64,000 bases of DNA from a virus: IMG/VR virus record IMGVR_UViG_3300042564_000781, positions 56,668-120,667 of that record. One strand, 5' to 3'. The translations under genes and the position numbers were made by a program. Shown in pieces: positions 20,335 to 29,167 of the stretch. The notes under the pieces are model-generated. The model worked only from the letters and a program-made list of their open reading frames with translations. It had not been told where the DNA came from and ran no database searches. The first letter of the stretch is position 1. Each line of letters starts with the position of its first letter.

Positions 20335-21504
20335 TCAAGAAAAATATTTGTACCCTAAATTTTTATCCCAGTTAATCCAGTGTCTAATGTACCATCTTGC
20401 AACAGACCTTTCTTGAATAATTTTTCCATTAGAAATACATGATTTTATATCTTTAACAGTCTCAGCCCATCGTTGATCAGTTTGCAATTTATTAGTAGTA
20501 GTAGCAACCGTAGTTTTCCAAAATTCACTATCAAAAGTTGAGCCACCGTGATATGCAAAATTAATAAAATTTTCAATATCCTGTGCAGCTTCAGTTAGTC
20601 TATAGTTAACATCATCTATTGAACATTGCCCATAAATGTAATCAGTTAAGTTTCTCATAACTGTACTGTAAAAATAGCCGGATAGCGCCTCCATCGGTTC
20701 AAAGAACAATGCGGCATTACCATTTTTAATTATGCGTCCATTAAAAAAACTTTTTGCATAGTAGCTGTTAAATTTAAACTCTTTTAGATTTAAATCTGTA
20801 GTATTAAAGATTTTTTCAATATCCGCTACTGCATCTTCTCTTGAAGTAATTTTATCGTTATACAAGTAACCCCAACCTTGTCTAGTAGTTAACGGAATAC
20901 CAAACATCCAACCGTTGGCATGTGCTTGATGAATTGTAGTTCCCCATGTGCCTGGTTCATTTATGACGTTTACTAAGCAGTGATTAACAGGATCATTAAT
21001 GACATTGTAATCTGTTAGGTCTTTTGGAGTTCCTCTACAGTCGATTACAAAATCAAAATGGTGGCTGACATTGTCAACAGTAACAGTTGCTAGATTAACA
21101 GTACTAGTAAGATCAGTAACTGATCCTTCTATTGTTTTAAATCTATCGCCCCATATTTTTTTAAATCGACCAAAACAAAAATTTTTTAATTTACCATTGT
21201 TAAAATGCATAGCATATTGCGGTGGATGCATTAGGGAAGTAAAGTCTGTATCTCTCCAATTCTTCCAAGTAACTCCTAATTTTAGTGTAGCATCTAGCTT
21301 GTCTGCATCTTCTAGTAGTGTAAAGCCAGCGCCTTCGAACAGCACTGTAGGAAATCCTGGATCCATCGATTCACCTATTTCTAGAATTTTTACATTCGGA
21401 TCGTATATTGCAGTAACAGTGTCATCCTCATTACCTAGCCAACGAAGTGCATGACTCAATGAGGTTATACCAGCAGTACCTACACCTATAACAGCTATTT
21501 TCAT
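20335..21504 (-). CDS. Tryptophan-halogenase-family flavoprotein (short form)
   Basis: GVGTAG FAD motif, IGES, ATLKLG (position of the catalytic Lys), GWMFGIP, FFEPMEA. Confidence 0.75.
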   Translation of the reverse strand: MKIAVIGVGTAGITSLSHALRWLGNEDDTVTAIYDPNVKILEIGESMDPGFPTVLFEGAGFTLLEDADKLDATLKLGVTWKNWRDTDFTSLMHPPQYAMHFNNGKLKNFCFGRFKKIWGDRFKTIEGSVTDLTSTVNLATVTVDNVSHHFDFVIDCRGTPKDLTDYNVINDPVNHCLVNVINEPGTWGTTIHQAHANGWMFGIPLTTRQGWGYLYNDKITSREDAVADIEKIFNTTDLNLKEFKFNSYYAKSFFNGRIIKNGNAALFFEPMEALSGYFYSTVMRNLTDYIYGQCSIDDVNYRLTEAAQDIENFINFAYHGGSTFDSEFWKTTVATTTNKLQTDQRWAETVKDIKSCISNGKIIQERSVARWYIRHWINWDKNLGYKYFS

Positions 21505-22229
21505 AATTCTTTTCCAGTTGGGTTATCAAAGATTACATAATTATGCCACTCGGGGTGATCATTATGCTCAAACAAATTAACAAATTCTGACAGAGAAATA
21601 TCGAAAGCAAGGGTAATTCGTTCGGAGTTAGTTGTACTATGATGCGGAGTAGTGTAGTGCGGAATATTATGTTGAAATAGTGTAATTTTTCCTATCCGAT
21701 TATAACTAACATATATTTCTGGATCGTTAATTTGATTTATTGGATTTATATAAACTGTACTAGTATCTTCACATTGCACTGTCACGTGCCCGCCTAAATA
21801 TGACCATTCATCGGTTGAGTGGATATGCGGACACATTTCTTCACTTTCTCGCATTACATTGGCCCAGCATTGTATCATAACATTTGATCTAGGCACATTA
21901 TATGCTTGAAGAAATTCTAAATATTTCTCATGTATTTGAACTTTTAATTTTTCTATCTCTGGTTCTGTCCATGAAAACACATTAAATGACTTCCAGCGCG
22001 AGGTTAAACTATCATTACCTAATCCGGTATACGCAGCAGTTGTTGGCGGAGTTGTGTTAATAATTATCTTTTCTTTTTCTAAGATTATATTTGCAATTTT
22101 TTTAAAATCTATACCCTCAATAAAGTTTTCAGCAAATATATAATGGTAAATTGGGGCAAACGGACTCTTAGGAGGTTTGCTTTTAAATTCTGAGAATTTC
22201 CAATTACTATCTCGTACAGTACCATTCAT
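21501..22229 (-). CDS. 2OG-Fe(II) oxygenase-like protein (TIGR02466-type)
   Basis: W-x-N...HxH...LF...H...R-x-T-x-AFD pattern. Confidence 0.7.
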   Translation of the reverse strand: MNGTVRDSNWKFSEFKSKPPKSPFAPIYHYIFAENFIEGIDFKKIANIILEKEKIIINTTPPTTAAYTGLGNDSLTSRWKSFNVFSWTEPEIEKLKVQIHEKYLEFLQAYNVPRSNVMIQCWANVMRESEEMCPHIHSTDEWSYLGGHVTVQCEDTSTVYINPINQINDPEIYVSYNRIGKITLFQHNIPHYTTPHHSTTNSERITLAFDISLSEFVNLFEHNDHPEWHNYVIFDNPTGKEL

Positions 22230-22249
22230 AATAACGTAGCCTTGTTGTA

Positions 22250-22301
22250 CAGTTACTTATCAGGAATTCTCACTCCTTGTTAACATCGTGATAAGTAACT
22301 G
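22250..22301. promoter_or_regulatory. Divergent twin late-type promoters forming a perfect 13-bp inverted repeat
   Basis: CAGTTACTTATCA (22250-22262) and TGATAAGTAACTG (22289-22301). Each arm contains gaTAAGTA pointing outward into one operon. Confidence 0.7.
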
Positions 22302-22316
22302 CATAGAGGAATACAA

Positions 22317-23906
22317 ATGCCTAAAAAAATCGAAAATATTGTAGTAGTTGGCGGCGGCAGCGCAGGTTGGATGACTGCTGCCACCTTAATTAACTTTTTT
22401 CCAAATAAGAAAATAACAGTAATAGAAAGTCCAGATGTTCCAATTGTAGGTGTTGGTGAAAGCACACTAGGCGGTATTAGGCATTGGATGCATGCCTTAG
22501 GAATAGACGAACAAGATTTTATGAAGTATACTAACGCTTCTTATAAAATGAGCATTAAATTTACCGATTTTTATAATAAGGATGCAGGGTCATTTCACTA
22601 CCCGTTTGGTACTCCTGTGGGAGATGACGTAGGAGGCGGTGTAAAAGATTGGCAGGCTAAAAAGGTATTTTATCCTGAAACCCCAGTTGAAGATTATTGC
22701 AGAACGTATTTTTCAACAATGCCAATCATAGAAAATAATAAATTTACTAATGATCCCACCGGCTTTGATAATTATAGACCTGACACAGATGTAGCATATC
22801 ATTTTGAATCAGTTCTATTTGGTAAATGGTTATGTGATCATTATTGTATTCCCCGCGGCGTAATCCGTATTCAAGATACTGTTTCCAACATTAAAACTTC
22901 AGACTCTGGCATAGAAAAATTAATTATGGAGAATGGTGACGAAATAGTTGCTGATTTGTTTGTTGACTGCACTGGATGGAAAAGTATGCTATTAGGCGAA
23001 GCACTAGCGGAACCTTTTATTTCTTATGCAGATATGTTACCTAACAATCGTGCATGGGCTGTGCAAGTTCCCTACGTAGAAATTGAAAAAGAATTAGAAC
23101 CCTACACAAATTGTACGGCTATCAATAACGGATGGTGTTGGAATATTCCGTTATGGAGTAGACTTGGTACCGGGTATGTTTACAGTGATAAATTTGTTAG
23201 CCCTGAAGATGCTAAGGAAGAATTTAAACAGTATCTAATGAGCGACAAAATGACTGTGCCACGAACTAAAGAGCAGGTAGAAGCGTTAACTTATAAAGAT
23301 ATTACTATGCGTATTGGAATCCACGAACGCACTTGGGTTAAAAATGTAGTTGCAATTGGATTAAGTGCAGGGTTTATTGAACCTCTTGAAAGTAACGGAT
23401 TATTTACTGTACATGAATTCCTATTTAAAGTAGTTGCAACATTGGATCGAGAAGGATACGTAACACAATGGGATCGAGATGTATATAATTCTGCAACCTT
23501 GGAATTATATAACAATTTTGCAGAATTTGTAGCAATGCATTATGCATTAAGTATTAGAGATGATACAGAATATTGGAGAACAATTTCCAATAAAACATTT
23601 AGTCCAAAGATGACAAAACTAATACCAACTCTTGGAAAAGGGTTCCATGATCTAGCAAATAGAAAAATGTTTTATTTCAATCATGGAGATTTTGGCGGAA
23701 TACATTGTGTAGCAACTGGTATGCATTTTTTTGTTATGAGTAAACTTAATACTATTTTTGCATCACATGTTTTTAGAACTGATGTTAAATCACAAGTAGA
23801 TACCTTTGTTTCTAGACGACGCAATCTTCAGACAAAATGGCAAGATGTTGCAAAAAATCTGCCTTCGTTATTTCAATATTTAAAAACAAACATACATAAT
23901 GAGTGA
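22317..23906 (+). CDS. Tryptophan halogenase (PrnA/RebH family)-like flavoprotein
   Basis: GGGSAG, GVGEST, NASYKMSIKF (PrnA K79 region), GWCWNIP (WxWxIP) and FIEPLESNG are all present. Confidence 0.88.
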   Translation: MPKKIENIVVVGGGSAGWMTAATLINFFPNKKITVIESPDVPIVGVGESTLGGIRHWMHALGIDEQDFMKYTNASYKMSIKFTDFYNKDAGSFHYPFGTPVGDDVGGGVKDWQAKKVFYPETPVEDYCRTYFSTMPIIENNKFTNDPTGFDNYRPDTDVAYHFESVLFGKWLCDHYCIPRGVIRIQDTVSNIKTSDSGIEKLIMENGDEIVADLFVDCTGWKSMLLGEALAEPFISYADMLPNNRAWAVQVPYVEIEKELEPYTNCTAINNGWCWNIPLWSRLGTGYVYSDKFVSPEDAKEEFKQYLMSDKMTVPRTKEQVEALTYKDITMRIGIHERTWVKNVVAIGLSAGFIEPLESNGLFTVHEFLFKVVATLDREGYVTQWDRDVYNSATLELYNNFAEFVAMHYALSIRDDTEYWRTISNKTFSPKMTKLIPTLGKGFHDLANRKMFYFNHGDFGGIHCVATGMHFFVMSKLNTIFASHVFRTDVKSQVDTFVSRRRNLQTKWQDVAKNLPSLFQYLKTNIHNE

Positions 23907-24507
23907 AATAATTCCGTTATTTTCAGTTCCTGTATATACAACAACTCTTGATATTCCGGAGCAGAAATTTCAGCACGTTCTTAATTATTGTAAAGAATTA
24001 AAATTTTATCAAAACGCCGGCCACAATTTTGCAAGCCACAATCGAGACATTTTGTCTGAACCAATGTTTGCAGAAATTAGGGAGTTGATACAAACCGAAA
24101 TTAATCATTATACTAAAAATATAATGATGTGGGATTCTAACGAATTTTATATTACACAGTCGTGGGTTAATGTTAACCCAAAAGATACCGAACATCATAT
24201 ACATTACCACTATAATAGCATTATTAGTGGCACATTTTATTTACAAACTAGCGATAATGACAATATTGTTTTTCATAGAAGATCTGAAGTGGCCCTATTA
24301 AATATGGAGAGAAGTTCTTTCAACATATGGAATAGTGACTTTTGGAAAGTGCAGGTAAAAAATAACTCAATTGTGTTATTTCCGTCGCCGCTCTATCATA
24401 GTGTTGATAAGAATGAAACTGAATACGAACGAGTAAGTATTGCGTTTAATGTATTTGCTCGCGGTGAATTTGGAACTGAAAAAGGTTTGACCTATTTAAA
24501 ACTATAA
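23899..24507 (+). CDS. 2OG-Fe(II) oxygenase-like protein (TIGR02466-type)
   Basis: PLFSVP, SWVN, HxH-x-NSIISG, LFPS.LYHSV, RVSIAFN. Confidence 0.8.
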   Translation: MSEIIPLFSVPVYTTTLDIPEQKFQHVLNYCKELKFYQNAGHNFASHNRDILSEPMFAEIRELIQTEINHYTKNIMMWDSNEFYITQSWVNVNPKDTEHHIHYHYNSIISGTFYLQTSDNDNIVFHRRSEVALLNMERSSFNIWNSDFWKVQVKNNSIVLFPSPLYHSVDKNETEYERVSIAFNVFARGEFGTEKGLTYLKL

Positions 24508-24511
24508 TTAT

Positions 24512-25453
24512 ATGAAACGATCAACAGTATTTTTAATTAATGGAGGTGCAGGAAGGGTATTATGTTCAATTCCTGCATTAGAGTTATACGAACAAGAAAA
24601 TCCTAACGATGATTTTGTTATAATTGTCGAACACGGGATAAATTTTTTTAAAGGACATCCAACACTATACAAGCGATGTTTTGAGTTTCATCATAAAAAT
24701 TTATTTCATGATAAAATTAAAGATCGAGTCTATAAATTCCCAGAACCTTATCAAGTATGGGAATACTATAATAATTTAGCCACAATTTCGCAAGCATTTG
24801 ATATTGCTATAAACAACAAGGGAGTAAGGAAGTTGTTACCACCTACTATTGTATTATCTAATAGTGAACTAACTGGGTCTATAGAAACAATTAATCTTAT
24901 TAAAAAAGACAAAGGAAATAAAAAAACAATAGTATTTCAGCCATTTGGTAGAGGCACAAATCTGCACAATACTGGCATAGGTGTAGATACTTTTGGAAAA
25001 TCATTTTTCATAGGAGATGTAGCAACAATTATTAGATCGTTGCAACAACAGTATATAGTTGTGTTGATGTGTGAGCACGACATTAACTTTAAAGAAGCAG
25101 GTTACGAAAATGTAGATACAGCCCAGATTACAGGGTTATCATTGCGTCAGTGGTTTGCCATTATTAATGCATCGGATTATTTTTTAGGATGCGATAGTGT
25201 GGGACAACATGCGGCATTTGGTCTAAATAAAAAAGCAACAGTTATACTAGGCAGCACATTTAAAGAAAATGTATCATATCCTGATTACGGCGGGTTTGAT
25301 ATTTTAGATTTTGGAGAAGGTAAAAAAACTTACTCTCCTATAAGATTGTGCAATGATGAAGTTGCAGATTTAACTAACGAATCGATTATGAAATTAACTA
25401 CTGATCAACTTAACCAAGTTGTACAATCTGTTAAAACAAATATAGAGGAATAA
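24512..25453 (+). CDS. GT-B glycosyltransferase, GT9/heptosyltransferase-like
   Basis: N-terminal GGAGRV..SIP, IVFQPFG, and FLGCDSVGQH resembling the GT9 GxDSGxxH motif. Confidence 0.65.
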   Translation: MKRSTVFLINGGAGRVLCSIPALELYEQENPNDDFVIIVEHGINFFKGHPTLYKRCFEFHHKNLFHDKIKDRVYKFPEPYQVWEYYNNLATISQAFDIAINNKGVRKLLPPTIVLSNSELTGSIETINLIKKDKGNKKTIVFQPFGRGTNLHNTGIGVDTFGKSFFIGDVATIIRSLQQQYIVVLMCEHDINFKEAGYENVDTAQITGLSLRQWFAIINASDYFLGCDSVGQHAAFGLNKKATVILGSTFKENVSYPDYGGFDILDFGEGKKTYSPIRLCNDEVADLTNESIMKLTTDQLNQVVQSVKTNIEE

Positions 25454-25456
25454 CAT

Positions 25457-26065
25457 ATGGACTATGAAATATTTCCACTCTTTCCGTCAGTAATATATAA
25501 AAAAAATCTTGCATTTGAACTTACACAGCCAGAATTAAATGCTATTTACTCAACCGATATGCATTTACAGGCATTGGGTAATAATACATCATTTGATAGT
25601 AGATTATTAGATAATCCAGTATTTTCTAGGTTGAAGAAAGTTTGTTTAGATCATGCTCAAATATATTACACCGAAGTTATGAAATACGATTATAAATTGC
25701 ATATGACAAACTCTTGGTTAAATGTAACGCAAGAAAATCAATCTCACAATGCACATAATCATAATAACAGCATAGTGTCCGGAGTATTGTACATAAAAAC
25801 TAAAGATAGTACTCCGTCAATTACATTTTGTAGATTAACTCCGCCATTACTACTAAATGTAAACGCAAGCGAATACAATTTTTTTAATTCATTAGAATGG
25901 GAATTACCTGTTGAAGATAATTGTATTGTTATTTTTCCATCACAATGTTTTCACTATGTGAAAAAAAATGTAACTTTGAATGAACGAATTTCTATTGCAT
26001 TTAATACATTTGTTAAAGGCAATATTAGAGCTGAATGGTCTGGCGCAGATTTAGAGTTAGGATAA
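25457..26065 (+). CDS. 2OG-Fe(II) oxygenase-like protein (TIGR02466-type)
   Basis: PLFPS, SWLN, HNHNNSIVSG, IFPS..FHYV, RISIAFN. It is a paralogue of 23899..24507. Confidence 0.8.
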   Translation: MDYEIFPLFPSVIYKKNLAFELTQPELNAIYSTDMHLQALGNNTSFDSRLLDNPVFSRLKKVCLDHAQIYYTEVMKYDYKLHMTNSWLNVTQENQSHNAHNHNNSIVSGVLYIKTKDSTPSITFCRLTPPLLLNVNASEYNFFNSLEWELPVEDNCIVIFPSQCFHYVKKNVTLNERISIAFNTFVKGNIRAEWSGADLELG

Positions 26066-26068
26066 AAT

Positions 26069-27892
26069 ATGAATAAACAACCAGTATGGATTGCAGGATT
26101 TGCCAGAGGACATAACGCCGGGGTGTGTTTGTTAAAAGATGGTGAAATTGTATTTTCTGTAGAAGAAGAAAGGCTTACTAGATGCAAATACGACGGAGGT
26201 CCGTTTGCTAGTATACTTAAAATTTTAGAGTACACTGATAAACTTGATTATATGGTGTTTTCTCACACTACTCCCTTAGACACCGCAGGTAATATAGAAT
26301 TTACTGGGGATAATATATATGTTGGGTTTGCTAGAAAACTAGGATTAATTAGCAGGGCACATAATTTTGGTAAACATCCTCAAGTTATTGACATGTGTAA
26401 TATACATCATAAATTACATGCTGCATGTGCATTTTATCGATCTGGATGGGAGTCTGCCACTGCATTAGTAGTAGACGGCGCTGGAACATTTTTCCCTACA
26501 GTTATTGATAATATAGATATTACCACTTGGGAAACAGAATCAATTTTTAGTTGTAAGTATCCTGCAGAAATTAAAACGCACTACAAACACCATGCTACTA
26601 AATTTAACATTATTCCAAAATTAGAACCTGCAATGGACAGTGAGTGGATTAGCGAGCCCGGAAATACATACGAGGCATTGTTTTCAGACAGGGCAGGTAT
26701 TGTAAAAGTGTACGAGGCTGCATCGCTGTATTGCGGATTTCAAGAAATTGAAGCTGGAAAAACTATGGGGTTATTTCCATACGGACAGCCATCTACTGAA
26801 ATTCCTGCACTATTTATTGATGAAGGCCCTAGGTCATTATCTAATAGAAATTTAGTTATACCAACTTATCCGGCCGGAGCAAAAATTAATAAACTTGCAG
26901 CCCCTTATTTAGACAACATAGCTGTTGCAGACGAAGATGTTAGTTTACTTCAAAATAGACGAGATGTGGCATATGCTACACAAATTCAAACTCAAGCTGA
27001 AGTTGTTAAGCTAATTAAGAAAGCAGTTAGTATGACAGGTAATAAGCGTGTAGTAATCAGTGGCGGCTACGGCTTAAACTGTGTTGCTAACTATCACTAT
27101 CTTGATGCACTAAAAGATGATGGTATCGAAATTTATGTAGAGCCAATTAGCAATGATGCTGGCACTGCAATGGGTGCTGCTATGTTTTTATGGCGCCATG
27201 TAAGCCAAGATACGACTATTAGAAAATTTGAAACTTTATACTTAGGACCTAAACATAATTATACTGTTGATTATGTTATAGACACAGCACATGCTAGTGA
27301 TGTAGAAATTATTGATGCGTATTATAGTGATGTAGTTAATCTATTAATTAACAAAAATATTGTAACAATTTATCAAGGGCAATCTGAAAACGGCCCACGT
27401 GCGCTAGGTAATCGAAGTGTGCTATTTGATCCGCGATTTGTTGACGGTAAAGACTATGTTAATGAAGTTAAACATAGAGAATACTTCCGTCCTTTTGCTG
27501 GCAGTATTTTACATGAATACGCACACGAGTGGTTTGATCTAAGAGGTATGGATAGCAGCCCACATATGATGTATGCAGTAAATTGTCGACCTGGCATTGC
27601 AGAAAAGATACCTAGTATTATTCATGTTGACGGTAGTTGCCGCATACAAACTGTTACAGAACAACAAAATTTTCATTACTATAATTTAATTAAAGAATTC
27701 TATAATCAAACTGGATGTCCTATTATATTTAATACTAGTTTTAACTTAGGAGGAGAGCCATTAGTTGAAACACTAGAAGATGCTATTTGGACATTACAAA
27801 ATTCTGATATTGAATATTTGTTTCTGCCAGAATTTAATAAATTAATTACAGTAAAAATAAATCACAGGAAAGAGAATAACTATGTCAGATAA
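26069..27892 (+). CDS. Carbamoyltransferase, NodU/CmcH/TobZ family (two-domain)
   Basis: HNAG, EEERLTR.K, HH.LHA, VDG.G, GKTMGL, SGGYGLNCVAN, DAGTAMG, ENGPRALGNRS, KHRE.FRPFA, HVDGSCRIQT, NTSFN. Confidence 0.93.
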   Translation: MNKQPVWIAGFARGHNAGVCLLKDGEIVFSVEEERLTRCKYDGGPFASILKILEYTDKLDYMVFSHTTPLDTAGNIEFTGDNIYVGFARKLGLISRAHNFGKHPQVIDMCNIHHKLHAACAFYRSGWESATALVVDGAGTFFPTVIDNIDITTWETESIFSCKYPAEIKTHYKHHATKFNIIPKLEPAMDSEWISEPGNTYEALFSDRAGIVKVYEAASLYCGFQEIEAGKTMGLFPYGQPSTEIPALFIDEGPRSLSNRNLVIPTYPAGAKINKLAAPYLDNIAVADEDVSLLQNRRDVAYATQIQTQAEVVKLIKKAVSMTGNKRVVISGGYGLNCVANYHYLDALKDDGIEIYVEPISNDAGTAMGAAMFLWRHVSQDTTIRKFETLYLGPKHNYTVDYVIDTAHASDVEIIDAYYSDVVNLLINKNIVTIYQGQSENGPRALGNRSVLFDPRFVDGKDYVNEVKHREYFRPFAGSILHEYAHEWFDLRGMDSSPHMMYAVNCRPGIAEKIPSIIHVDGSCRIQTVTEQQNFHYYNLIKEFYNQTGCPIIFNTSFNLGGEPLVETLEDAIWTLQNSDIEYLFLPEFNKLITVKINHRKENNYVR

Positions 27893-28544
27893 TATGTCTA
27901 AGGTAAGATATAACGAACTTCCAAATATTGGTGTGTTGTCGGATCAAGTTCCGACTGATATGCTAGCCATGTTAAATTTAGAAATACAAGAACTAATCAC
28001 AAGTGATTTTAAATCACAGCAACAATTCAACCATAAGTTGCTCGGCCATATGAAACATGAATACGATCTATCTAATTGTATTTCTAGAATTGAACCTTAT
28101 ATTTTAAATTTAGTTAATATGTATGATCAACAATGGAATTTGCTTGAACATTACGACGACTCTGGCAGTAGCATAGTTAAGTATCTAAAATTAACAGATT
28201 TATGGGTAAACATTCAAAAAAAACACGAATTTAATCCTCCCCATGAGCATACGGGCATTGCAAGTTTTGTTATATGGATCAATATTCCATATGACTTAGC
28301 AGCTGAAGAAGCATATTTTCCTATAGTTAGCGGCGGCCCCAACGCTAATAGAACATCTAAATTTACATTTCATTATTCAAATTTAATGGGGCAACACCGA
28401 CATTTTATGATTGAAGTAGATAAGAATCACGAAGGGACAATTATATTATTCCCGTCAAAATTAAATCACAGTGTAAATCCTTTTTACACAAGTGACGGTT
28501 ACAGGATATCCGTGGCCGGAAATGTTAGGTCGGTGCTACCATGA
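27882..28544 (+). CDS. 2OG-Fe(II) oxygenase-like protein
   Basis: LWVN.Q...EFNPPHxH.G..SFV.W, LFPS.L.HSVNPF, RISVAGN. Confidence 0.75.
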   Translation: MSDNMSKVRYNELPNIGVLSDQVPTDMLAMLNLEIQELITSDFKSQQQFNHKLLGHMKHEYDLSNCISRIEPYILNLVNMYDQQWNLLEHYDDSGSSIVKYLKLTDLWVNIQKKHEFNPPHEHTGIASFVIWINIPYDLAAEEAYFPIVSGGPNANRTSKFTFHYSNLMGQHRHFMIEVDKNHEGTIILFPSKLNHSVNPFYTSDGYRISVAGNVRSVLP

Positions 28545-29167
28545 AAATAATAGACAACGCACTTTCCCTGTCAGTTCTTAATTTATTAGAAAATAAAATT
28601 TTAGAATATGACTTTCCTTGGCACTATAGTCCAATTACGTATCCTTTTGGAAAACTTACTAGTACCAATCCTCACCCTTTTAATTTTACAAATTATCCAA
28701 TTATTGACGGACAAACTCAGAATGACATCGGAGTATTACTACAACCTATACTGTTTGACTGTATAGATAAAATAGGGCAACCTGCAGATCAAATATTTAG
28801 AGTGCGAGTAGTACTACAGCCGCGTACTTGCGGCCAATATACTAACGATCCGCATATTGATCTACCATTTCCTCATCGAGTGGGAATATTATATCTAACT
28901 GATTCAAATTCTCCTACAGTAATATATAACGAAAAATACGATTTTAATTTAGACAAATCAAAATATGAAGATTTTGCTTCAGCAAGTTTTGAATATTTTA
29001 AAGAAAATTATCTAGGAAAGGAAACGGTATTACAAACTGTAACTCCTCAACGAAATAGATTGTTAGGGTTTGATGGCGGACACTATCATGCGAGCGCGAC
29101 TCCCAACGATGTAGATCGTCGCGTAATAATAAATATTGCCTACGGAATGGCAAAGGATGCCCAATAA
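28541..29167 (+). CDS. 2OG-Fe(II) oxygenase-like protein
   Basis: IIDN, FPW, PHxD, ILYL, NR...FDG..YHAS, R.IIN. Confidence 0.7.
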   Translation: MKIIDNALSLSVLNLLENKILEYDFPWHYSPITYPFGKLTSTNPHPFNFTNYPIIDGQTQNDIGVLLQPILFDCIDKIGQPADQIFRVRVVLQPRTCGQYTNDPHIDLPFPHRVGILYLTDSNSPTVIYNEKYDFNLDKSKYEDFASASFEYFKENYLGKETVLQTVTPQRNRLLGFDGGHYHASATPNDVDRRVIINIAYGMAKDAQ

